NCBI GenBank assembly: GCA_043728625.1
Contig: JAYTMI010000429.1
Location: forward strand, 1-24,705
DNA: 24,705 bases
Direction: 5' to 3'
From: Saprospiraceae bacterium
Lineage (GTDB): Bacteria; Bacteroidota; Bacteroidia; Chitinophagales; Saprospiraceae
Shown here: one piece after another, positions 17,329 to 24,705 of the stretch
Numbering within the stretch: position 1 is the stretch's first letter
Layout of the letters: each line of letters starts with the position of its first letter
Notes under the pieces: model-generated
Seen by the model: the letters and a program-made list of their open reading frames with translations, nothing else
What the model was told of the DNA's origin: nothing
Databases searched by the model: none
Program-made: the position numbers and the translations under genes

Positions 17329-19128
17329 ATGAAAAATATTTTCACAAAAATTGCAACAGGTATTGTTGCTATTTGCTTATCGGTAGTCTTCGTCGTTTCA
17401 TGCTCAGTTGAAGATTTGACGAAAGATTTGACACTTTACACGGGTAATTCCTTTTTAGTTAATCCAATTTCCATTCAGGTCGCTGACGCTGCTAAAAATG
17501 AATCAGCTCCTGACCAATTAACTGTCACCATCGAGGGACGTGATAAAGACAAAATATTCACCATGTTTGGTGAGAAAAAAATTCGTGCCATCAGTGGTAT
17601 CGTATCATTAGCTGTAAAGACAGCGGATGCACCGACGGCTGCAAAACCGCTTGAATTTACGCTCGTTCTCAGCGCACCTAATTTTACAACAGTTAGAAAA
17701 AGCTATTCATTGACTGAAAGTGCAGAATTAAAAACGGATAAAGTCTCAATGGTTAACCCTTCTGCACCACCTCCGGGTGTATCTGCTCAATCGAGTTCTT
17801 TTACAAGCTCTGCAACGGCAGGAACAGCACAAGATGTGGCTTTAGTCTCTCCTTTGTCAAATGGCAAAACAGAACAGGTCAATGCCATGCTTAAGGCAGG
17901 AACAAAACCTTTAGCTGCTGACGGTAGTATATTGTCAGGTGCGATTCAAACCCAGCTTATTCACTTTGATACGCGTTCAGAGGCTTCTTTAAGTAGTTTA
18001 ACAGAAGGCTTTTCTGGTTTGACATTAAAAGAAGGCACAAATACCGGCCAAGTCAATATTGTTCCAGCTGGATTTTATTCAATGACAATGACTGCAGGTA
18101 CGTCAAAGGTTTCAAAGTTCTCTGAACCTATGGACGTAACAATGGATATTGACCCAGAATATTTCGATGTCACACTCAACCGTAAAATCCAAGCAGGCGA
18201 CGTTTTAGATGTTATTAGCCGCGATGACGATGAAACAGTTTGGACAGGTGAAACCCAAGCAACGATAGTTAGTGTTAACGGAAAATTGAAGGCAACCTTT
18301 AAACAACCACATTTATCGACTTGGGTAGTAGGCAGAACCAGAAAAAACCTTTGCCAAGTATCACTCAAGGTGAGTTCAGATTTGCCAGCTGCATCTACCA
18401 GCTCCAGAGAAACAAATTGCTCGATAGCTCGTGAAACTTTCATCTACTTTTTAGTGAATGCACAAAATCCGAGTATTATTTACAAACAAGGAACAGCAAC
18501 ATTAGGCAATGGTGAAGTATTAGACGCAAAAGTCCATGCAGATAGTAAAATAGCAACTAAACTCATCATTTTGGATCAGCAATACAATAGAATCTATACA
18601 TCTCCTAGCCAATATCTTTGTGAAAATTCGTCTGTTGATTTGAAATCAAGATTGCCCGTAAATAAAAGTGTCGTCGTCAAGCTAAATATCAGTGCTTCTT
18701 GCAAAAGTGGCAGTATCAGCACTATATTTACGCCTTCAAACGTAACATTATTTTACAGAGATATGGCAAGCCCTGCAAATGCACCTTTTGGTGGATGGTC
18801 ACCTCTTATTACTATTGTAGATGGTAAAGGCTGTGCTAAAGGTCTAATTGTTGGCAATACTTATGACTTTGGTTTGGCAGTTCCTGTTTCAGGAACACAA
18901 TTTGAAATGCAAACATTTTCAAAAGACTTGAAGCAACCAAAAGGTTTGACAATACCAGAAAAAGATTTAAAGATTGATGTCGTCAGTAGTGTCTATAACG
19001 TAAATACAACTTTTGAAATCAAAAAAGAAGTTGATGGTTCTTATAACCTAAGTTATGAAAGATACCCTTTACCTGACAATATCTGTTCAGAATTGGACAA
19101 AAAATTTAGCGTATTTTTGAAAAAGTAA
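17329..19128 (+). CDS. Hypothetical lipoprotein (beta-rich, Cys-containing C-terminal half)
   Basis: MKNIFTKIATGIVAICLSVVFVVS-C lipoprotein signal. ATG 17329 is preferred over TTG 17308. No family recognised. Confidence 0.8.
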   Translation: MKNIFTKIATGIVAICLSVVFVVSCSVEDLTKDLTLYTGNSFLVNPISIQVADAAKNESAPDQLTVTIEGRDKDKIFTMFGEKKIRAISGIVSLAVKTADAPTAAKPLEFTLVLSAPNFTTVRKSYSLTESAELKTDKVSMVNPSAPPPGVSAQSSSFTSSATAGTAQDVALVSPLSNGKTEQVNAMLKAGTKPLAADGSILSGAIQTQLIHFDTRSEASLSSLTEGFSGLTLKEGTNTGQVNIVPAGFYSMTMTAGTSKVSKFSEPMDVTMDIDPEYFDVTLNRKIQAGDVLDVISRDDDETVWTGETQATIVSVNGKLKATFKQPHLSTWVVGRTRKNLCQVSLKVSSDLPAASTSSRETNCSIARETFIYFLVNAQNPSIIYKQGTATLGNGEVLDAKVHADSKIATKLIILDQQYNRIYTSPSQYLCENSSVDLKSRLPVNKSVVVKLNISASCKSGSISTIFTPSNVTLFYRDMASPANAPFGGWSPLITIVDGKGCAKGLIVGNTYDFGLAVPVSGTQFEMQTFSKDLKQPKGLTIPEKDLKIDVVSSVYNVNTTFEIKKEVDGSYNLSYERYPLPDNICSELDKKFSVFLKK

Positions 19129-19167
19129 CATGAGGCATATATCTGATTCCGATATTAGGGAAGACAA

Positions 19168-19197
19168 AAGGCTATCACACATTGGTGTGGTAGCCTT
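19168..19197 (+). terminator. Intrinsic terminator
   Basis: AAGGCTATCACAC-attg-GTGTGGTAGCCTT followed by ATTTTTT. Confidence 0.75.
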
Positions 19198-19363
19198 ATT
19201 TTTTATAATCATACCCTTCAGTAATTTTCCTTGTCTGACACCTACTCTATTTGGGTTATTTCATAAAAATAAGTTCAAACCCTTATAAAAATGCCATCAA
19301 GTGCTTCAAAATTTATTTTAATTTCATGAAAATGTAAAATCTAAAAATTTTTATGCACAAAAA

Positions 19364-19395
19364 TTTGGAAAATACAAAACTAAAAGCTAACTTTA
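19364..19395 (+). promoter_or_regulatory. Promoter: -33 TTTG and -7-like TAACTTTA
   Basis: TTTG at 19364-19367, 20-nt spacer, TAACTTTA at 19388-19395 (one mismatch to TAnnTTTG). Confidence 0.5.
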
Positions 19396-19458
19396 CATTA
19401 AATATTTTTAGAATATTAGGAGTTCAAACAAAATTTTTCTAACCAAAATTCACCGCCA

Positions 19459-19707
19459 ATGAATATTACATTTGAAGAGTTGCGCAGGCTGAAGCATAGT
19501 CTTCCAACAGGCAGCGTCAGCCGCATTGCACAGGAACTTAACAAAGACGAACATGATGTTCGCAATTTTTTCGGGGCTACAAAATTTAAAGGAAGCACCG
19601 CTGATTGGCATTATGAATCAGGACCCGATGGAGGTATCATCAATGTTCACGATTCAACTATTATTGATGCAGCTAAACGCATTTTACAAGAATCGCACAG
19701 TAGTTAA
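19459..19707 (+). CDS. Small conserved Bacteroidota putative DNA-binding (HTH-like) protein
   Basis: ITFEELRRLKHSLPTGSVSRIAQEL...VRNFFG...GPDGGI matches a family I recall as annotated 'DNA-binding protein' across Bacteroidota. Confidence 0.75.
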   Translation: MNITFEELRRLKHSLPTGSVSRIAQELNKDEHDVRNFFGATKFKGSTADWHYESGPDGGIINVHDSTIIDAAKRILQESHSS

Positions 19708-19731
19708 TCAGTTTAAATTTGTTGCGATACA

Positions 19732-19779
19732 AACAAAGAAACGGGAATCTATCATTTGATAGATTCCCGTTTCTTTGTT
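19732..19779. terminator. Bidirectional terminator between convergent genes
   Basis: AACAAAGAAACGGGAATCTATCA / TGATAGATTCCCGTTTCTTTGTT, 23-bp perfect inverted repeat. Confidence 0.85.
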
Positions 19780-19793
19780 CTATAAACACCCAA

Positions 19794-21569
19794 TCACTCA
19801 TTTATTTCAAACTCAACACGACGATTAAGTTGTCGTGCTTCTTCTGTATCATTATCCGCAGAAGGTCTTGTATGCCCAAATCCCTTGTAGCTCATTTGTT
19901 TTGAAGGCACACCTTTCTTTTGCAAATACAAATAACACATTTTGGCTCTACTAACAGATAATATTTGATTGTTTGCTGCCTTACCTGTTATGTCCGTATG
20001 CCCCATTATGAGAAGCTCGTACTTAGGATTGTCCAACAAAATATAAGCAATTTCATTTAAAATAACATAACTTTCTGGTTTGTAGATGGCTTTACTGGTT
20101 TCAAAATAAATAGGTGATATCGTATAATGGTTGCGTACAATATTGAAAGTGTTTTCCTGTGTATCCACAACCATTGCATTTTCAAGATAATTTTTGATTG
20201 GTTTTTGTGGTTTCTGAACTGAATTAGGTTTCTCTTGCGTCAAAACCGTTGCTTCTGATTCTGGTTTTGTCATTTCTGTAGGCTTTTTTAGTGGTTTTTC
20301 TGAAATATACTGAGGGGGGGTATTTTCTATAAAAACTGGTTTTTCAAGTTTGTTACTCAAAGTCAAACTATCCTTTTTTCCTGATGTTTGGCTGACATCA
20401 ACAGGTTTTAAAGGAGTCGTATTCGGTACAACAATAACCTTAACCGTATCTAAAGACGTTATTGGCTTGTTTTTACTCGAATCCATAGCAGAACTTATCA
20501 ACTTTTCTTCAGTCGGACACCCTCTATATCGTCCACTGCCTACTTCGTTAGGGCAAATATCGTATTTGTCGATTATGCCATCTCCATCTGTATCAGGGCA
20601 ACCTTCATATAAAGTTAAACCAGCTGTATTAGGGCAAGCATCTTTATCATCAGTAATGCCATCGCTATCTCTATCGGGGCAACCCTGTAATTTGGCATCG
20701 CCTTTTAAGAAAGGACAAAGGTCGTATTTGTCTGGAATCCCATCTTTATCAGAATCTTTGATATAGCCCAAAGTCTTTGAAAGCCCTACACTGCCGACAA
20801 AATACCAATCATTGACGTTCGGGTTCCCTGCAACGCTGATGCCATCAATTTCATCTGAAAAAGCAGGGCGAAAACCGCCTTCAATTGTCAGGTTTGACTG
20901 TTGATTGACTAAAGGAATTCGCAAGCCACCGCCAAAAGGAATGATAGCATGTGCTTTAGCATGTAAGGCTGACTTGTCGGCATTTATTCGGAACCCTGCT
21001 GTCGTTGGATTAGGCAAAAGTTTATCATTAAAGTTGGTTTTAGGACTTACAATCGCTAAACCACCGCCCACATAAATAAAAGGTGATATGCGACGTGCCC
21101 GCATTCTAAAATTTTGTTGACTCACCTCGTCCAAAACAGATACACCAGACGATAGAGAAGAAATTTTCCTTGCAATCCCTAAAAAATGATATTCACCCCT
21201 CACAGCTAATTCTGTCAAAGGCGATTTAAACTGAAAATTTCGAGCCACACGCCAAGGTGTTTCAGTAGAATGGCTATCACTACCGCCCAAAACACCTTGT
21301 GCCAAACTGATATTCATACCAAAATAATTGCCAAATGAACGCCGAACAAACAACCCTCCTATAAGTTTACTTTCTGAAAAAGCAAATTCAAGGTCTCCAG
21401 AATAAGCTGTTAGACCCAACAACAAACCTCCTTCCCACTTTTGCGTGTGCGTAATTGTATGTGCAGCGCTTGTACCATCTTTCTCTTTTTTGTCCTGAGA
21501 TTCTTGTGCTGAAATATAAGAAGAAAACAATACGAGGAAAAGTATCAAATATTTAGATTCGGTTATCAT
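19794..21569 (-). CDS. OmpA-family protein: N-terminal beta-barrel, thrombospondin type 3-like repeats, Pro/Lys-rich linker, C-terminal OmpA peptidoglycan-binding domain
   Basis: DSDKDGIPDKYDLCP, DRDSDGITDDKDACP and DTDGDGIIDKYDICP repeats; IYFETSK...GHTD...LSVSRA...GFGHTRP...NRRVEF. Confidence 0.92.
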   Translation of the reverse strand: MITESKYLILFLVLFSSYISAQESQDKKEKDGTSAAHTITHTQKWEGGLLLGLTAYSGDLEFAFSESKLIGGLFVRRSFGNYFGMNISLAQGVLGGSDSHSTETPWRVARNFQFKSPLTELAVRGEYHFLGIARKISSLSSGVSVLDEVSQQNFRMRARRISPFIYVGGGLAIVSPKTNFNDKLLPNPTTAGFRINADKSALHAKAHAIIPFGGGLRIPLVNQQSNLTIEGGFRPAFSDEIDGISVAGNPNVNDWYFVGSVGLSKTLGYIKDSDKDGIPDKYDLCPFLKGDAKLQGCPDRDSDGITDDKDACPNTAGLTLYEGCPDTDGDGIIDKYDICPNEVGSGRYRGCPTEEKLISSAMDSSKNKPITSLDTVKVIVVPNTTPLKPVDVSQTSGKKDSLTLSNKLEKPVFIENTPPQYISEKPLKKPTEMTKPESEATVLTQEKPNSVQKPQKPIKNYLENAMVVDTQENTFNIVRNHYTISPIYFETSKAIYKPESYVILNEIAYILLDNPKYELLIMGHTDITGKAANNQILSVSRAKMCYLYLQKKGVPSKQMSYKGFGHTRPSADNDTEEARQLNRRVEFEINE

Positions 21570-21670
21570 AGTTCGTTCATTTTTTGTAAAAAATTAGCTC
21601 TGCTAATCATCACATTGAAATTATTCTTAAAACTAAAATACAAATAGGATATAAAATGATTTAATGTAAA

Positions 21671-21678
21671 CAAAGGTA
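21671..21678 (-). promoter_or_regulatory. -7 box TACCTTTG for the OmpA-family gene
   Basis: + strand CAAAGGTA, divergent from the box at 21772. Confidence 0.55.
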
Positions 21679-21771
21679 AAACTTTATCAATTTTATTAGC
21701 TTATTAGTCAAATAATTTATGGGATTTTATTTCATTAAAGATTTTATATTATGGAAAGCACTTTTCATTTT

Positions 21772-21779
21772 TAACTTTG
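21772..21779 (+). promoter_or_regulatory. -7 box TAACTTTG for the M1 peptidase gene
   Basis: Exact TAnnTTTG, 86 nt upstream of the ATG. Confidence 0.55.
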
Positions 21780-21865
21780 TCTCTAATAATCAATCATCAT
21801 GGAGTAGTTAGCTCGTAGAGGCTTACTACTCCTTATTTTAAACTTAACATTCATCAATAATTTTT

Positions 21866-23779
21866 ATGAAAAAACAGTCTTTAAAATTCTGTTTGCTGGC
21901 TTTCACTTTCTTCATCTTTGGAAACTGCAAAACACCACAACAGACAACGAATACAAATACGACGACGTTTTCTACTCCTAAACAGTATCAACGTTGGCAA
22001 CAACGTGCTGAATACACGATGGATGTGGATTTTGACGACTATAAACATCAATATTCAGGCAAACAAACGCTGGTTTATCACAATAATTCGACCGATGAGT
22101 TGTCAAAAGCCTTCTATCACCTCTATATGAATGCTTTTCAGCCTGGTAGTGCTATGGATATTCGCAGCCGTACCATTGCCGACCCCGACCCGCGTGTTTC
22201 TGACCGCATTTCTAAATTGAAACCAGACGACATGGGTTATCTCAAAATCAAGTCGTTGACGATGAACGGCAAAAAATGTTCTTTCACAACCGAAGGAACA
22301 ATCCTTGAAGTCAATTTGCCTGAAAAAATAGCCCCCCTCAGTACCGTTACGTTTGATATGGAATTTGACGGACAAGTTCCGCTTCAAATTCGTCGCAACG
22401 GACGCATGAATAGCGAAGGTGTTGACTACTCAATGGCTCAATGGTATCCAAAAATGTGTGAATACGATGAGCAAGGTTGGCACGCCAACCCTTACGTTGG
22501 ACGCGAATTTTATGGCATTTGGGGCGATTTTGATGTTACTCTTCATATCAATCAAAAATTTATGATTGGCGGAACGGGCATCTTGCAAAATGTTGCTGAC
22601 ATTGGCAAAGGTTACGGTACTGGCACACCTATACCCGATGCAAAAGGCAAATTGGCTTGGCATTTTGTCGCCAAAAACGTGCATGATTTTATGTGGGCAG
22701 CTGACCCTGATTACAAGCATGTAAAGAAAGTCGCTGACGATGGCACTATGATGCACTTTTTCTATATTCCTTCTGACAAAACAGCCGCTTGGGAAGAACT
22801 CCCAGACATCATGGCAAAGGTTTTTGCTTTCAACAGAGACCATTTTGGCAAATATCCTTGGTCTGATTATGCTTTTGTACAGGGTGGCGATGGTGGCATG
22901 GAATACCCGATGGCAACTCTGATAACAGGAGAACGTCCTTTGTCCTCATTGGTTGGCGTATCAGTTCATGAGTTGTTTCACTCTTGGTATCAAGGTGCAT
23001 TGGCAACAAATGAAAGCCTTTATGCGTGGATGGACGAAGGTTTTACGTCTTATGCTTCAAATTATACCATGAATTATTTAAGAAAATTAAAACTGTTAAA
23101 AGGTGAAGTTGAAGATGAACCCATGCTCGGCGACGTTGCCAGTTTTTGCAAATGGCAATTGCGCGGACGTGAAGAACCCCTCAGTATTCATGCTGATCAC
23201 TGTATTTCCAATACAGCTTATAGCATTGGCGCATACACCAAAGGGGCTGTTTTTTTAGAAGAAATAAAATACATCATTGGAGAAGAAAATTTTCAAAAAG
23301 GGATTTTACAATATTTCAATGAGTGGAAAATGCGGCATCCAAATCCAAACGATTGCATTCGTGTTTTTGAAAAAATAAGTGACTTAGAACTCGATTGGTT
23401 TAAAGAGTACTTCGTTTACACGACAAAACAAATTGATTACGCTATTAATAATGTGAGTGATTCAGGTTCTAAAACCAAAGTAACTATCAAAAGAGAAGGC
23501 TTGATGATTATGCCTCTTGACATCATGGTGATTTATACGGATGGGTCAAAGGAGCAGTTTTATATTCCGCTTGACTTGATGCGTGGGGAAAAGCCTAATG
23601 AGTTTCCAAAACTAAAACGCACCACCCTACCCGATTGGACTTGGACTTATCCAAGATATGATTTTGAGATTCAATCTGCAAAAAACAAAATTGCAAAGAT
23701 TATTATTGACGACAGCCACCGTTTAGCTGATGTGAATAGAGATAATAATGTTTGGGATAAGGATAAAAATAAGGAATGA
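21866..23779 (+). CDS. M1 family Zn metallo-aminopeptidase, probable lipoprotein
   Basis: GGMEYP, HELFHSWY and WMDEGF (HExxH...E), YTKGAVFL; signal peptide ending FGN-C. Confidence 0.93.
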   Translation: MKKQSLKFCLLAFTFFIFGNCKTPQQTTNTNTTTFSTPKQYQRWQQRAEYTMDVDFDDYKHQYSGKQTLVYHNNSTDELSKAFYHLYMNAFQPGSAMDIRSRTIADPDPRVSDRISKLKPDDMGYLKIKSLTMNGKKCSFTTEGTILEVNLPEKIAPLSTVTFDMEFDGQVPLQIRRNGRMNSEGVDYSMAQWYPKMCEYDEQGWHANPYVGREFYGIWGDFDVTLHINQKFMIGGTGILQNVADIGKGYGTGTPIPDAKGKLAWHFVAKNVHDFMWAADPDYKHVKKVADDGTMMHFFYIPSDKTAAWEELPDIMAKVFAFNRDHFGKYPWSDYAFVQGGDGGMEYPMATLITGERPLSSLVGVSVHELFHSWYQGALATNESLYAWMDEGFTSYASNYTMNYLRKLKLLKGEVEDEPMLGDVASFCKWQLRGREEPLSIHADHCISNTAYSIGAYTKGAVFLEEIKYIIGEENFQKGILQYFNEWKMRHPNPNDCIRVFEKISDLELDWFKEYFVYTTKQIDYAINNVSDSGSKTKVTIKREGLMIMPLDIMVIYTDGSKEQFYIPLDLMRGEKPNEFPKLKRTTLPDWTWTYPRYDFEIQSAKNKIAKIIIDDSHRLADVNRDNNVWDKDKNKE

Positions 23780-23871
23780 TGAAATATGAATGAAAAAAGC
23801 GACCCCCTCAGTAAATCGAGAGAAGTCGCTTTTTTCATTCATCATTCATATTTTTCATCATTCATCATTCC
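23773..23871. terminator. Bidirectional terminator with heptad (ATGAATG/CATTCAT) arms and the 10-mer in its loop
   Basis: 18-bp perfect stem ATGAATGAAAAAAGCGAC (23786-23803) / GTCGCTTTTTTCATTCAT (23825-23842). The loop starts with CCCCTCAGTA (23804-23813). Confidence 0.85.
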
Positions 23872-23874
23872 TAA

Positions 23875-24705
23875 TTAATTGTCTTCTGTGTCCTTAAAAG
23901 AAGCGGCATCAAATAACAATGAGAAACGAAGCGTATTGTCCAATGGACCCCGTTGACTTGAAGTTGGTACGAGATAAGACAAATTGATACCCATTACATT
24001 GTATTTCAAGCCCAAACCAACAGTGAAATAACGACGACCACCTTTTTCAGCATGTTCGTAAAAATAACCTGCACGTACGGCAAATTGTTTGTCATACCAA
24101 TATTCAACGCCTGCCGAAATATTAATTTCTTTCAACTCCTCTTGTCCACCACCTGGCGCATCGTTGAAAGAACCAAACATTGCAGAAACAGGACTTTTGT
24201 CTTTCCAAGCTGGTAAGCCGTTTGCACCTCTTACTGTATCCAATGGATTAGGTGTCGGAACTAACAACTTATTGAGGTCGAGAGCGACGACGATGCTGTT
24301 GTATTGGTCAAGTGGTATATCCCAAGATGCACCAATACCTAAGTTTTGCGGCAAAAAGTCCGAAGAACGGAGGTAAGTTATTTTATTACCAATATTTTTA
24401 ATAGCACCACCAATCATCAAAGTTGAAGGGCCCGCAGCCATTTTTATAGGTCTCTTGTAGGTCATTGAGAAATCAACTGCACCTGCACGACCTGATGAAA
24501 TACGTTCAGAACCACCATCCGGGCTTTGACCCGTTGCTAAATTCGAGTAAATAAACTTAGCAGTTGCACCAACCGCTAAAAACTTGCTCAATTGACGTGA
24601 ATAACTGACGGCTGTTTCAAATTCACGTGGCGAGCCTTCGCCCAAGACAGACGCATTAAAGTCTGTCCACTGAATAGAACCCAAAGAGAAATAGCGCAAA
24701 CTTAC
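23875..24705 (-). CDS. porV: Type IX secretion system outer-membrane protein PorV (5'-partial)
   Basis: Frame open to the window end (VSLRYFSLG...); LDLNKLLVPTP, SFNDAPGG, AGVEYWYDKQFAVRAGYFYE, KGGRRYFTVGLG, PLDNTLRFSLLF. Confidence 0.93.
   Translation of the reverse strand, partial: VSLRYFSLGSIQWTDFNASVLGEGSPREFETAVSYSRQLSKFLAVGATAKFIYSNLATGQSPDGGSERISSGRAGAVDFSMTYKRPIKMAAGPSTLMIGGAIKNIGNKITYLRSSDFLPQNLGIGASWDIPLDQYNSIVVALDLNKLLVPTPNPLDTVRGANGLPAWKDKSPVSAMFGSFNDAPGGGQEELKEINISAGVEYWYDKQFAVRAGYFYEHAEKGGRRYFTVGLGLKYNVMGINLSYLVPTSSQRGPLDNTLRFSLLFDAASFKDTEDN

Larger units (their letters stand above)
1270..23813. repeat. Dispersed non-palindromic 10-mer CCCCTCAGTA/TACTGAGGGG, 18 exact copies
   Basis: CCCCTCAGTA on + starting at 1270, 6681, 7753, 11329, 12866, 13895, 15009, 15933, 22334, 23177, 23804. 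TACTGAGGGG on + starting at 2285, 3810, 4352, 4669, 10987, 14574, 20308. One-mismatch copies at 3409, 6978, 12293, 19214. Counted manually. Confidence 0.95.

Noticed and set aside
19459-19707. Small DNA-binding protein as the reader of the 10-mer
   Set aside because: There is no evidence beyond co-location, and the family appears much more widespread than the motif is likely to be.
20500-20760. DxDxDG repeats in the OmpA-family gene as a novel repeat
   Set aside because: These are standard thrombospondin type 3-like Ca-binding repeats, common in Bacteroidota OmpA proteins.
1270-23813. 10-mer as a CRISPR repeat, IS end or MITE
   Set aside because: It is too short, irregularly spaced over kilobases, in mixed orientation and in-frame inside intact genes. 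Flanks share no extended similarity, and there are no target-site duplications or cas/transposase genes.
1270-23813. 10-mer as an adapter or assembly artefact
   Set aside because: All host ORFs stay intact and in frame, and the stop-generating phase never occurs in genes. Not formally excluded without the reads.
1270-23813. 10-mer as a Chi/KOPS-type polarised site
   Set aside because: The 11:7 strand split within one small window shows no strong polarity. Disfavoured, but needs a genome-wide test.
565-24376. The many short alternative-frame or antisense ORFs in the track (e.g. 2468..2908, 15895..16263, 20350..20766, 22430..22843, 8663..8863)
   Set aside because: They overlap well-supported genes and show no recognisable motifs, so they are treated as shadow ORFs.

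Overview
24.7 kb of AT-rich Bacteroidota chromosome (PorV, GldG and many TAnnTTTG promoter boxes; the finer taxon cannot be fixed from sequence alone). The gene content is mostly ordinary: a probably Tat-exported enolase-superfamily dehydratase (partial), an alpha/beta hydrolase, a kinase-M23-class III aminotransferase fusion, gldG, ribA, an SLBB polysaccharide export protein, rfbB, a Zn-dehydrogenase remnant, a GH20 hexosaminidase, a beta-barrel/lipoprotein pair, a small DNA-binding protein, an OmpA-family protein, an M1 peptidase and porV (partial). I found no transposase, CRISPR array, tRNA or rRNA. The striking signal lies outside the gene list: the non-palindromic 10-mer CCCCTCAGTA (reverse complement TACTGAGGGG) occurs 18 times exactly by manual count, about 1 per 1.4 kb against roughly 0.02 expected by chance. 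It is on both strands, mostly inside genes in four different reading phases, and also in intergenic and terminator positions. This resembles DNA uptake sequences or HIP1-type genome-wide signals, and I do not recognise this motif from Bacteroidota. Smaller observations: heptad-period inverted-repeat elements, a REP-like doublet, an unannotated 30-aa membrane peptide with its own terminator, an orphan antitoxin-like gene, and an intact regulated promoter in front of a decayed dehydrogenase.
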